64,000 nt of DNA. Source: Phototrophicaceae bacterium. GTDB lineage: Bacteria > Chloroflexota > Anaerolineae > Aggregatilineales > Phototrophicaceae. This document shows, piece after piece, positions 19,838 through 28,594 of this stretch (positions are counted from its first letter, which is position 1; the number at the start of each line of letters is the position of its first letter). The notes beneath the pieces are model-generated. The model made no database searches. It was not told the origin of the DNA and saw only the letters and a program-made list of their open reading frames with translations. Position numbers and translations under genes: made by a program. The DNA is taken from positions 1,637,078-1,701,077 of the forward strand of contig OZ242333.1 in NCBI GenBank assembly GCA_965208285.1. The letters are read 5' to 3'.

Positions 19838-21163
19838 ATGCAGGCAATTGAGGCGCTAAAAAACGCATGGCGTTTGCCGGACGTGCGCAGCAAGTTGCTG
19901 TTCACCGGGCTGATCCTGGTGGTCTACCAGTTCGCCGCCCACGTGCCGGTCATCGGCGTGGACCGCAACGCGCTGCAGGCCGTGCTGGAAAGCAACGCCG
20001 GCGGTCTGGTGGGCGTGCTGAACCTGTTGTCCGGCGGCGCGGTCTCCAATTTTAGCGTCATTGCCATGGGGGTCTACCCCTATATCACGGCCTCGATCAT
20101 TTTCCAGTTGCTGGTGCCGGTGATTCCGCAGCTGGAAGCGATTCAGCGCGAACCGGGCGGCCAGGAAAAGATTCAGCGTTACACCTACTACCTGGCGATC
20201 CCGATGGCCATTCTGCAGGGCGTGGGACAGATCGCCATTTTTGGCAATCTGGGCGGCGCGCCCATCATCCCCGAATTTGGCCAGAATCCCCTGGTGACGA
20301 TTACGGTCATCTCGACCATGACGGCGGGCACCATGTTCGCAGTCTGGCTCGGCGACCTGATCACCGAACAGGGAATCGGCAACGGCATCTCCATCATCAT
20401 CTTTGCCGGCATCGTCGCTTCGGCGCCCTCCAACCTGGGTAACCTGCTGACGACCTCGACGCAACCGGTGTACAACGCCGTGCTCTTCGTGTTGATCGTC
20501 CTGGTGACGATCGTGGTCATCGTCTTCATTCAGGAGGGGATTCGGCGAATCCCGGTGCAATACGGCAAGCGCGTGCGCGGACGCAAGCAGTACGGCGGCG
20601 CCAGCACGCACATCCCGCTGCGCGTCAACCCGGTGGGGATGATCCCGCTGATTTTCGCCCAGTCGATCATCACCTTTCCGGCCATCCTGGTGAATCTCTT
20701 TCCCGACGGGCCGGTGGGCCAGACGATCAACACCACCTTTGGCAACCAGCAGGGCCTGTGGTACTGGGGCAGTTTCTTCCTGCTGACAGCCGGGTTCACC
20801 TTCTTCTACGCCGAGACCATGATCGCCAACCAAAATCTGGCCGAGAGCCTGCAACGCCAGGGGGGCTACATCCCCGGAATCCGTCCGGGCAAACGGACCC
20901 AGGAGTTCATTCTGCGTGTGTCGCGGCGCATCACGTTGGTGGGCGCGCTCTTTCTGGGGACCATCGCCGTTGTGCCAGGTATGGTGGACCTGCTCAACAG
21001 CCTGCTGTTCCCGACCGAGTTCGTGGCCGGCGCCGGCACGCTGAATGCCGCCAGCGTGATTACGGGCTCCGGCCTGATCATCGTGGTGGGTGTGGTGATC
21101 GACACGATGCGCCAGCTGGAAGCACAGCTGGTCATGCGCAACTATGAAGGCTTCATGCGCTAA
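19838..21163 (+). CDS. secY: Preprotein translocase subunit SecY
   Basis: 441 aa, 10 hydrophobic segments, with VSNFSVIAMGVYPYITASIIFQLL and IPGIRPGKRT. Confidence 0.97.
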   Translation: MQAIEALKNAWRLPDVRSKLLFTGLILVVYQFAAHVPVIGVDRNALQAVLESNAGGLVGVLNLLSGGAVSNFSVIAMGVYPYITASIIFQLLVPVIPQLEAIQREPGGQEKIQRYTYYLAIPMAILQGVGQIAIFGNLGGAPIIPEFGQNPLVTITVISTMTAGTMFAVWLGDLITEQGIGNGISIIIFAGIVASAPSNLGNLLTTSTQPVYNAVLFVLIVLVTIVVIVFIQEGIRRIPVQYGKRVRGRKQYGGASTHIPLRVNPVGMIPLIFAQSIITFPAILVNLFPDGPVGQTINTTFGNQQGLWYWGSFFLLTAGFTFFYAETMIANQNLAESLQRQGGYIPGIRPGKRTQEFILRVSRRITLVGALFLGTIAVVPGMVDLLNSLLFPTEFVAGAGTLNAASVITGSGLIIVVGVVIDTMRQLEAQLVMRNYEGFMR

Positions 21164-21184
21164 ATCGGGAGAAATCTGTATACG

Positions 21185-21895
21185 ATGGGACTCTATCTGA
21201 TCCTGCTGGGCGTTCAGGGCGCGGGAAAGGGCGTGCAGGCCGCCTGGATCCAGCAGCACTACGGCATTCCGCATGTATCCACCGGTGACCTGTTCCGCGC
21301 CATGCGCACGCGTGAAGACGAACTGGCGCAACGCATTCAGGCCATCATGGCCTCCGGTCAACTGATATCCGACGAGATCACCAACGAGGTCGTGCGCGAC
21401 CGTCTGTCGCAGCCGGATGCGGCCGGTGGCGCCATTCTGGATGGTTTCCCCCGCAACGAGGTCCAGGCGGCCTGGCTGGACGACTATCTGGCTTCCAAAT
21501 GCGAGGCGGTCAATGCCGTCCTGCTGATGGAGATCGATCTTTACGTCGCCTTCAAACGCGCCTACGGTCGAATCGCTTCCGAAGATGGCGCGCGCATTTA
21601 CAACCTCTATTACCAAAACGAGAACATCGACTGGCGCCTGGAGGAACACCCGGAAGGGGCCTGGCCGCCGCGGGTGTCCGGCTGCGAACGCGACACGGGC
21701 ATGTCCCTGGTGCGTCGCCCGGACGATGCCAGCGCTGACGTGGTCATCCGCCGCATCGACACCTACCTGGAAACGTCGATGCCACTGGTGAACTGGTACC
21801 GCGGGCGCGGTCTCTTGCGCAGCGTTGATGCGGAACAATCCATTGAGGACGTCAGCGCGGCCATTCAGGCGGTCATCGAGACCAACCGGTCCTGA
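21185..21895 (+). CDS. adk: Adenylate kinase with an expanded, Cys-poor LID region
   Basis: LILLGVQGAGKG P-loop, STGDLFRA, ILDGFPRN and RRPDD. Confidence 0.92.
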   Translation: MGLYLILLGVQGAGKGVQAAWIQQHYGIPHVSTGDLFRAMRTREDELAQRIQAIMASGQLISDEITNEVVRDRLSQPDAAGGAILDGFPRNEVQAAWLDDYLASKCEAVNAVLLMEIDLYVAFKRAYGRIASEDGARIYNLYYQNENIDWRLEEHPEGAWPPRVSGCERDTGMSLVRRPDDASADVVIRRIDTYLETSMPLVNWYRGRGLLRSVDAEQSIEDVSAAIQAVIETNRS

Positions 21896-21896
21896 G

Positions 21897-22688
21897 GTGA
21901 CGGGCGGCATTCACTACAAAACCGGCGAAGACATTGCCATCATGCGCGAGGCCGGCCGCATCGTGGCCAACGCCCACGGAGAACTGCGCGCCGCCCTGCG
22001 GCCGGGCGTCACCACGGCGCAACTCAACGACCTCGTGGAGACAGTCCTGCGCGACCACGGGGCACAGCCAGTTTTCCTGGGTTATCCGAAGGAAAACGCG
22101 CCAGACTTTCCGGCCTCGATCTGCGCCTCGGTCAATGAGGAACTGGTGCATGGCATCCCTGGCCCGCGCGCGTTGCAGGCCGGCGACATCATCAGCGTGG
22201 ACATCGGCGCGCGCTACCAGGGTTTCGTCGGCGATGCGGCCTGGACCTATGCCGTCGACGAGGTGCCACCGGCGGTACAGAGACTGCTGGACGTCTCTGA
22301 GGAAGCCCTGTGGGTTGGCATCCGCGCCGCCGTCATGCCGGCTGAAACGCGAGACGTCGCCCAGGCGATCCAGCGTTTCGTGGAGCGCAAGGGCTACAGC
22401 GTGGTGCGGGAATACACCGGTCACGGGGTGGGGCGGTCGATGCACGAGGAACCGCAGGTGCCCAACTGGTGGCCCCGCAGGCGCAGGCAGCAACCCCGGT
22501 GGGAGAGCGTGCCGCTTTGTCCTGGCATGACGATCGCTCTGGAGCCCATGGTCAACAGCGGCCTGGCGGAGACGGAGGAACTGGAAGACCAGTGGACGGT
22601 GGTGACGCGCGACGGCTCACTTTGCACGCATTTTGAACACAGCATCGCCATCACGGAAGGCGAGCCACTGGTACTGACCTTGCCGTGA
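21897..22688 (+). CDS. map: Methionine aminopeptidase, type I
   Basis: YKTGEDIAIMREAGRIV, ISVDIGARYQGFVGDAAWTY, TGHGVGRSMHEEPQV and HFEHSIAI metal ligands. The GTG at 21897 lies 1 nt after the adk TGA. The track ORF from 21825 overlaps adk. Confidence 0.92.
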   Translation: MTGGIHYKTGEDIAIMREAGRIVANAHGELRAALRPGVTTAQLNDLVETVLRDHGAQPVFLGYPKENAPDFPASICASVNEELVHGIPGPRALQAGDIISVDIGARYQGFVGDAAWTYAVDEVPPAVQRLLDVSEEALWVGIRAAVMPAETRDVAQAIQRFVERKGYSVVREYTGHGVGRSMHEEPQVPNWWPRRRRQQPRWESVPLCPGMTIALEPMVNSGLAETEELEDQWTVVTRDGSLCTHFEHSIAITEGEPLVLTLP

Positions 22689-22757
22689 CTTGCTCTGGAC
22701 AAGGGACGAGGGGAATGCTATGATGCGTCGCTTGCATCACCAGCAGGGAAAGCAACC

Positions 22758-22871
22758 ATGATCGTTTCGGCATCGGTAAAGCGGCGCTGTCCGAAGTGCC
22801 GCATCATCAAGCGCCACGGGCGCGTGCGGGTGATCTGCGAAAACCCGCGCCACAAGCAGCGTCAGGGTTAG
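22758..22871 (+). CDS. rpmJ: 50S ribosomal protein L36
   Basis: Hand-translated [37 protein letters not shown] plus TAG (37 aa). It is too short for the ORF track. Confidence 0.93.
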   Translation: MIVSASVKRRCPKCRIIKRHGRVRVICENPRHKQRQG

Positions 22872-22889
22872 GGGCAGGAAGGGGTCGTC

Positions 22890-23276
22890 ATGGCACGCAT
22901 CGAAGGGGTTGACCTGCCGCGCGACAAACGAGTCGAGATTGCACTGACCTACATTTACGGCGTGGGCGTGCCCACCAGCAACAAGATCCTGGCCACGGCC
23001 GGCATAAATCGCGATACTCGCGTCAAGGACCTGAGCGAGACCGAACTGCAGCGCATCCGTGAACAACTGTCGCAAATGACGGTCGAGGGTGACTTGCGGC
23101 GTGAAGTCCAGTTGAACATCAAGCGGCTGCAGGAGATCGGCAGCTACCGGGGACTGCGGCACCGGCGCAATTTGCCGGTACGCGGCCAGCGTACGCGCAC
23201 CAACGCACGCACACTGCGCGGCGCCAAGAAGACCGTCCCCGGGCGCGGGCGACGGCGCGGCGCGACCAAGAAATAG
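22890..23276 (+). CDS. rpsM: 30S ribosomal protein S13
   Basis: [26 protein letters not shown] ... [21 protein letters not shown]. Confidence 0.97.
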   Translation: MARIEGVDLPRDKRVEIALTYIYGVGVPTSNKILATAGINRDTRVKDLSETELQRIREQLSQMTVEGDLRREVQLNIKRLQEIGSYRGLRHRRNLPVRGQRTRTNARTLRGAKKTVPGRGRRRGATKK

Positions 23277-23353
23277 CGCAAATCGGCGCCAGGATTTCCC
23301 TGCCCCTTTGATTCGGGTCGTGATCGGGCGGATCGCCCGACAGGAGAGCATGC

Positions 23354-23758
23354 ATGGCACGTCAGCAAGCCAGAAGTGGCGCCCGCCGCACGGCGCGTCG
23401 GGTGACCCGCAATATTCCCTATGGCCAGGCGCATATATTTGCGACCTTCAATAACACCATCGTTACCCTGACCGACCAGTCCGGCAACGTCGTGACCTGG
23501 GCCAGCGCCGGCACCTCGGGCTTCAAGGGCAGCCGCAAGAGCACACCCTACGCCGCGCGACTGGCCGCGCAGAACGCCTCCGAGGCTGCGCAGGGGCACG
23601 GCATGCAGGAAGTCGACGTCTTCGTCAAGGGCCCCGGTCCCGGCCGCGAGGCGGCGGTCCGCGCCATTCAGGCGAGCGGGCTGAAAGTTCGTTCTATCAC
23701 GGATGTAACGCCGATCCCGCACAACGGCGTTCGCCCGCCCAAGAAACGCCGTATGTAG
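23354..23758 (+). CDS. rpsK: 30S ribosomal protein S11
   Basis: [18 protein letters not shown] ... [13 protein letters not shown] ... [16 protein letters not shown]. Confidence 0.97.
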   Translation: MARQQARSGARRTARRVTRNIPYGQAHIFATFNNTIVTLTDQSGNVVTWASAGTSGFKGSRKSTPYAARLAAQNASEAAQGHGMQEVDVFVKGPGPGREAAVRAIQASGLKVRSITDVTPIPHNGVRPPKKRRM

Positions 23759-23783
23759 GCGTGTGAATTCAGGAGGTTCGGTC

Positions 23784-24815
23784 TTGGTCGCCACCTGGAA
23801 TTTCGTGCTCCCCCACAACGTGCAGGGGGAAGCGACTTCCCGCAATTATGGACGCTTTATCATCAGCCCGCTGGAAAGCGGTTATGGCCTGACGCTGGGC
23901 ACGGCCTTGCGCCGTGTGCTGCTCTCCTCGCTGCCAGGCGCGGCAGTCACCAGCATGCGGGTCTCGGACGTACACCACGAATTCTCGGCCATCCCGGGCG
24001 TGCGCGAGGACATGACCCAGTTGTTGCTGCAGGTCAAGCAACTGCGGCTGCAACTCTTCGATACGGCCGAATCGGCGCGGCTGCGCCTTGAACACCAGGG
24101 CGAGGGGACGGTCACGGCGGCGGACATCATCTGCCCGTCGGACGTGGAAATCATCAACAGCGACCTGTACCTCTTCACCGTTGACGAAGCGGACACACGC
24201 CTCGAGATTGAATTCGAGGCGCAACCGGGACGCGGTTACAGCCCCGCCGAGGAACGCGGTCGCCTGCCCATCGGCGAGTTGCCGGTGGACGCCGTCTTCA
24301 GCCCGGTACGCCGCGTCAATTTCGACGTGGAACGCGCCCGTGTGGGCCAGCGAACAAACTATGACAAGCTGGTCATCGAAATCTGGACGGACGGCACGGT
24401 TCGGCCCGAGGACGCGCTGGGCAAGGCCGCACAGATCCTGATGCGGCATCTCACGCCGATCGCGGGAGTGGAGCCGATGATGGCGCTGGACGCCGACGAA
24501 TCCTACGGCATTGCTCTGGGCGTCGACGACGAGGAGCAACGCAAGAAGAGTGAGTTGTACGAGCGCCAGATCGAGGAACTGGACCTGAGCGTCCGCGTTT
24601 TCAATTCGCTGAAGCGCACCGGCATCACTTCCATCGGTAGCGTGCTGGATATTCTGGACCGTGGCCCGGACGCCATGCTGGCGATCCGCAACTTCGGCGA
24701 AAAGTCGCTGGATGAACTGGTAGAAAAACTGCAGGACAAGGGTTACCTGCCGCAGCCCGAGACCACGGTCCCGGCAGTAGGCGAGGAAATGCCGGATCTG
24801 GGTGAACAGGGATGA
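23784..24815 (+). CDS. rpoA: DNA-directed RNA polymerase subunit alpha
   Basis: YGRFIISPLESGYGLTLGTALRRVLLSSLPGAAVTS and the C-terminal domain ELDLSVRVFNSLKRTGITSIG. The TTG at 23784 lies 7 nt after AGGAGG (23771-23776). Confidence 0.94.
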   Translation: MVATWNFVLPHNVQGEATSRNYGRFIISPLESGYGLTLGTALRRVLLSSLPGAAVTSMRVSDVHHEFSAIPGVREDMTQLLLQVKQLRLQLFDTAESARLRLEHQGEGTVTAADIICPSDVEIINSDLYLFTVDEADTRLEIEFEAQPGRGYSPAEERGRLPIGELPVDAVFSPVRRVNFDVERARVGQRTNYDKLVIEIWTDGTVRPEDALGKAAQILMRHLTPIAGVEPMMALDADESYGIALGVDDEEQRKKSELYERQIEELDLSVRVFNSLKRTGITSIGSVLDILDRGPDAMLAIRNFGEKSLDELVEKLQDKGYLPQPETTVPAVGEEMPDLGEQG

Positions 24816-25204
24816 GACATCACGTCAAGGGCAAGAAACTTAACCGCGACGCCGCGCAACGCAAGGCGCTGGCGCTCAACCTCTCGCGCGAACTGATCAC
24901 CCACGAACGCATCCGCACGACGCGGGCCAAAGCCGATTTTGTGCGCGGCAAGGTCGAGCGCATGATCACCATCGCCCGCCGCGGCCTGGCGCACGAAGAC
25001 CCGCAGCGGGCCGTTCACGCGCGGCGCATCGTGGCCAGCCGTCTGAACAACGACCGGAAACTGGTGGGCAAGGTATTTGACGAACTGGCGCCCCGCTACG
25101 AGGATCGACCTGGCGGCTACACGCGCATCTACCGCCTGGGGCCCCGCAAGGGCGACAACGCCCCCATGGTGATGCTCGAACTGGTCGACCGCGAGGAGGA
25201 CTGA
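24812..25204 (+). CDS. rplQ: 50S ribosomal protein L17
   Basis: MRHHVKGKKLNRDAAQRKALALNL ... RPGGYTRIYRLGPRKGDNAPM. ATGA overlap with rpoA. Confidence 0.97.
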   Translation: MRHHVKGKKLNRDAAQRKALALNLSRELITHERIRTTRAKADFVRGKVERMITIARRGLAHEDPQRAVHARRIVASRLNNDRKLVGKVFDELAPRYEDRPGGYTRIYRLGPRKGDNAPMVMLELVDREED

Positions 25205-25956
25205 GGCTGCGCTACCGGGCGACGCTGGCCTATGACGGCAGCGCCTACGCCGGCTATCAGCGTCAGAAAACCGGCACAGCTACAATACAGGGCGCGGTGG
25301 AGGCGGCCCTGTCGCAACTCGCGGGCCAGGCCGTCACTGTATATGCCAGCGGCCGCACCGACAGCGGCGTTCACGCCAGCGGACAGGTCATCGCCTTTGA
25401 CCTCGTCTGGCGCCACAGCGAGTTGCAGTTGCTGCGCGCGCTCAACGCCCTGCTTCCCGAAGACATCGCCCTGCAGACCCTGCGTACGACCCGGCCGGAC
25501 TTTCACCCGCGCTTCGATGCGCTTGCCCGAGTTTACGAATACAGCATCGTGAATGCCGCGACGCGCCAGCCCTTGTGGCGGCGTGGCGCCTGGCAGGTGT
25601 TCGGCGATCTGAATTTCGACTTGCTTCAGCAAGCTGCGAACCTGCTGGTTGGCAGTCACGATTTTGGCGCCTTCGGTCAGGCGCCACAGGGCAACAACAC
25701 GGTGCGCGAAGTCACGCTGTCACGCTGGACAAGAGGACCTCTGCGGCGCGGCCGGTTGCTGCGCTACCGGGTGGAAGGCAACGCCTTTCTCTACCACATG
25801 GTGCGGCGCATGGTTGGCATGCAGGTTGACGTGGCGCAGGGGCGGCTGGACCTGGCGGCCTTTGAACAGGTCTTCCGCAGCGGCGATCTGGCGCAGGCAG
25901 GGACCCTGGCGCCGGCACAGGGGTTGGTGTTGCTTGAGGTCCGATACGCGGACTGA
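25201..25956 (+). CDS. truA: tRNA pseudouridine(38-40) synthase TruA, apparently with a non-canonical (CTG) start
   Basis: RYRATLAYDGSAYAGYQRQ, catalytic GRTDSGVHA and FLYHMVRRMVG. The conserved N-terminus (25207-25296) lies upstream of the first canonical start (GTG 25297). No ATG, GTG or TTG occurs back to the in-frame TGA at 25078-25080. Confidence 0.85.
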   Translation: MRLRYRATLAYDGSAYAGYQRQKTGTATIQGAVEAALSQLAGQAVTVYASGRTDSGVHASGQVIAFDLVWRHSELQLLRALNALLPEDIALQTLRTTRPDFHPRFDALARVYEYSIVNAATRQPLWRRGAWQVFGDLNFDLLQQAANLLVGSHDFGAFGQAPQGNNTVREVTLSRWTRGPLRRGRLLRYRVEGNAFLYHMVRRMVGMQVDVAQGRLDLAAFEQVFRSGDLAQAGTLAPAQGLVLLEVRYAD

Positions 25957-26041
25957 TTGCGCCTTGAATCCCTGAGGCGCAGCCCGTAGAATGACGCAGT
26001 TCGGCGTGGGCGGGGCCTTGTTGGGCTTGCCGGAGGAAGAC

Positions 26042-26491
26042 GTGCCAAAATACAGAACCTGGGTGGCTCGCGAAAGGGACATCGAACGCGACTGGTGGGT
26101 GGTGGATGCCAGCGGGCAGACGCTCGGTCGTCTGGCCTCACGCATTGCGCCCGTCTTGCGCGGCAAACACAAACCGGCCTTTACCCCCAATGCGGACGTC
26201 GGTGACTACGTCATCGTCATCAACTGCGAAAAAGTCGCTGTGACCGGCAACAAACTGGACCAGAAGAATTATTATCGTCATTCGGGATACAACGGCGGGC
26301 TCAAGGTCATTTCCCTGCGCAACCAGTTGCAGCGCTTCCCGGAGCGCGTCATCGAATCGGCGGTGCGGGGCATGCTGCCGAAGAACGCCCTTGGCCGGCG
26401 CACCATGAAGAAGCTGCGCGTGTACGCCGGCGAAGCACATCCGCACGGCTCCCAGAATCCGCAGCCGCTGCTGCTGCAGGAGAACAACTGA
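26042..26491 (+). CDS. rplM: 50S ribosomal protein L13
   Basis: [46 protein letters not shown]. The GTG at 26042 follows GGAGGAAG. The longer track start at 25991 is unlikely. Confidence 0.94.
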   Translation: MPKYRTWVARERDIERDWWVVDASGQTLGRLASRIAPVLRGKHKPAFTPNADVGDYVIVINCEKVAVTGNKLDQKNYYRHSGYNGGLKVISLRNQLQRFPERVIESAVRGMLPKNALGRRTMKKLRVYAGEAHPHGSQNPQPLLLQENN

Positions 26492-26492
26492 C

Positions 26493-26888
26493 ATGTCGGC
26501 ACAGTATTACGAAGGTATCGGGCGCCGCAAGGCGGCGACCGCGCGCGTGCGCCTGTTTCCAGGGGGCACGGGCAACATCATCATCAACGATCGTGAGGCC
26601 GACGACTATTTGCCGCGCCATGGCGACCTCGACAACATTTCCGAGCCGCTGCGCGCCGTGGGCCAGGAGCGACAGTACAACATCAGCGTACACGTGCAGG
26701 GCGGGGGGATCTCGGGCCAGCGCGACGCCATTCGCCTGGGCATCGCCCGTGCGCTGCTGAAAATCGACCCGGACCTCAAGCCGGAACTCAAGTTGAAAGA
26801 CCTGCTCACGCGGGATCCGCGCGTCAAGGAGCGCAAAAAGCCCGGTCTGCGCCGAGCGCGCAAGGCGCCCACCTACACCAAGCGCTAA
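26493..26888 (+). CDS. rpsI: 30S ribosomal protein S9
   Basis: YYEGIGRRKAATARVRLFPG ... RDPRVKERKKPGLRRARKAPTYTKR. Confidence 0.97.
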   Translation: MSAQYYEGIGRRKAATARVRLFPGGTGNIIINDREADDYLPRHGDLDNISEPLRAVGQERQYNISVHVQGGGISGQRDAIRLGIARALLKIDPDLKPELKLKDLLTRDPRVKERKKPGLRRARKAPTYTKR

Positions 26889-26920
26889 CGCAGACAGCTG
26901 GCGCGAAGGGAAGATTACGG

Positions 26921-26945
26921 GGCAGGCCGGTGGGCCTGCCTTTTG
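26921..26945 (+). terminator. Rho-independent terminator closing the ribosomal superoperon
   Basis: GGCAGGCC (26921-26928), loop GGTG, GGCCTGCC (26933-26940), then TTTTG. Confidence 0.7.
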
Positions 26946-26961
26946 CTTGCGGGGGGACAGC

Positions 26962-27282
26962 ATGAGCGACTTTACGCACTTCAGCGAACATGTCGGCTCC
27001 AGGGCGGACAAGCACTACAAGACCACGCTCTTCAGCGGCGACCGGATGATGGTCGGCCTCAACTGCCTGGAGCCCGGCCAGGAACAGGCGGTGCACGACC
27101 ACAGCGACCAGGACAAGGTCTACCAGGTGCTGGAGGGCGAGGGCGTCTTCAACGTCGGCGGGGAAGAGCGCCGCGCCGACGTCGGAAGCGTCATTTGGGC
27201 GCTGGCCGGCGTTCCGCATGGCGTGCGCAACGAGGGCGCGGATCGCCTGACGTTGCTGGTGTGCATCGCGCCACCCCCCTGA
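26962..27282 (+). CDS. Cupin-domain protein
   Basis: GQEQAVHDHSDQDKVYQVLEGEG ... GVPHGVRNEG cupin motifs 1 and 2. Confidence 0.75.
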   Translation: MSDFTHFSEHVGSRADKHYKTTLFSGDRMMVGLNCLEPGQEQAVHDHSDQDKVYQVLEGEGVFNVGGEERRADVGSVIWALAGVPHGVRNEGADRLTLLVCIAPPP

Positions 27283-27301
27283 AGCGTCGAAAGGTACCCA
27301 G

Positions 27302-28594
27302 GTGCGCCTTGCCCTCTGCACCTTCGGCTCACGCGGTGACGTGCAGCCCTACCTGGCGCTGGGCCAGGGGCTGCTGCGAGCCGGGGTTCAGCTGCGCCTC
27401 GCTACCAGTCGCTATCACGAAGCGCTGGTGCGCCGCCATGGCCTGGAGTTTTACGCGCTGACGGACGCCAGCCCGCAGGACATGCTGGCGTCAGAAGCCG
27501 GCTTGCGCTGGCTGGAGACCGGCGGAAATCCACTGGCCAATCTGCGGGCCATGCGCGATCTGGGCGGGGACATGCTGGACGCGCAGACCGGTGTTGTGCT
27601 GCGGCTCTGCGAGGAGTCGGATGCGCTGGTGTATTCGGTCACGACCATGCTGGCCGTCGCGCCGGTCGCTGAAAGGCTGGGCGTCCCGGCCGCCGGCGCA
27701 TGGCTGCAACCCTTCCATCCCACGCGCGCCTTCCCTTCATTCCTTTTCCCGGAATGGCCGCGCTTTCTGCCCCTGGGCCGACACTACAACAGGGTGACCT
27801 ACGACCTGCAACGCCGAATGGCCTGGCAGCTGATACGGGACAGGTTCAATGCCGTGCGCGGCCGGCACCTGGGGCTGGCGCCCGCCCGACGTCCCTACGA
27901 TGACCAGCATTTGCGGCCGGACCCGGTGGTCTACGGCTTCAGCCGGCATGTGGTCCCGCGGCCTTCAGACTGGGACGATCTGACACAGGTCAGCGGGTAC
28001 TGGTTTCTGGACGACAGGGACTGGCGGCCTCCGGACTGCTTGCTGGACTTCCTGCAGGCCGGTGCGCCGCCAGTCTACATCGGTTTCGGCAGTATGATGG
28101 AGCGCGACTCCGGACGGACCACGGACATCATCCTTGAAGCCCTGCGGCGCAGCGGTCTGCGCGCCCTGCTGTCGGGGGACTGGGCCGGTCTCGGCGCCGG
28201 CGACCTGCCGGACTCTGTGCTGCGCCTGGATGATGCGCCGCATGACTGGCTGTTTCCCCGTATGGCAGCGCTGGTGCATCACGGTGGCATGGGCACGGCG
28301 GGCGCCGGACTGCGGGCGGGGCGGCCGGCACTGGTTATCCCGCGCTTTGCCGACCAACCCTTTTGGGCAATGCGGCTTCAGGCCCTGGGCGTCAGTCCGC
28401 CCCCGATTCCGCACAGGCGGCTCAACGTGGAGCGACTGGCCCATGCCCTGCGACAGTTGACGACGGATTCGACCTTGCGCCGTCGCGCGGAAACGCTTGC
28501 CAGGCAGGTTCGCGCCGAGGACGGCGTGAACGCGGCCGTGCGCTTTCTGATTCGCGCGCTGGAGCGCAGTCCCCGTCGTCGTCGTGTCCGCTAG
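27302..28594 (+). CDS. GT1-family glycosyltransferase (UDP-glycosyltransferase / MGT-like)
   Basis: N-terminal LCTFGSRGDVQPYLALGQGL and C-terminal VHHGGMGTAGAGLRAGRPALVIPRFADQPFWA nucleotide-sugar signature. Confidence 0.8.
   Translation: MRLALCTFGSRGDVQPYLALGQGLLRAGVQLRLATSRYHEALVRRHGLEFYALTDASPQDMLASEAGLRWLETGGNPLANLRAMRDLGGDMLDAQTGVVLRLCEESDALVYSVTTMLAVAPVAERLGVPAAGAWLQPFHPTRAFPSFLFPEWPRFLPLGRHYNRVTYDLQRRMAWQLIRDRFNAVRGRHLGLAPARRPYDDQHLRPDPVVYGFSRHVVPRPSDWDDLTQVSGYWFLDDRDWRPPDCLLDFLQAGAPPVYIGFGSMMERDSGRTTDIILEALRRSGLRALLSGDWAGLGAGDLPDSVLRLDDAPHDWLFPRMAALVHHGGMGTAGAGLRAGRPALVIPRFADQPFWAMRLQALGVSPPPIPHRRLNVERLAHALRQLTTDSTLRRRAETLARQVRAEDGVNAAVRFLIRALERSPRRRRVR

Noticed and set aside
19856-21910. 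684-aa ORF antisense to secY and adk
   Set aside because: Same reasoning. It spans two well-supported genes on the opposite strand and has low-complexity composition.
22689-22757. Search for infA between map and rpmJ
   Set aside because: Only 69 nt are available and no ORF is present. infA is simply absent here and is reported as a synteny note.
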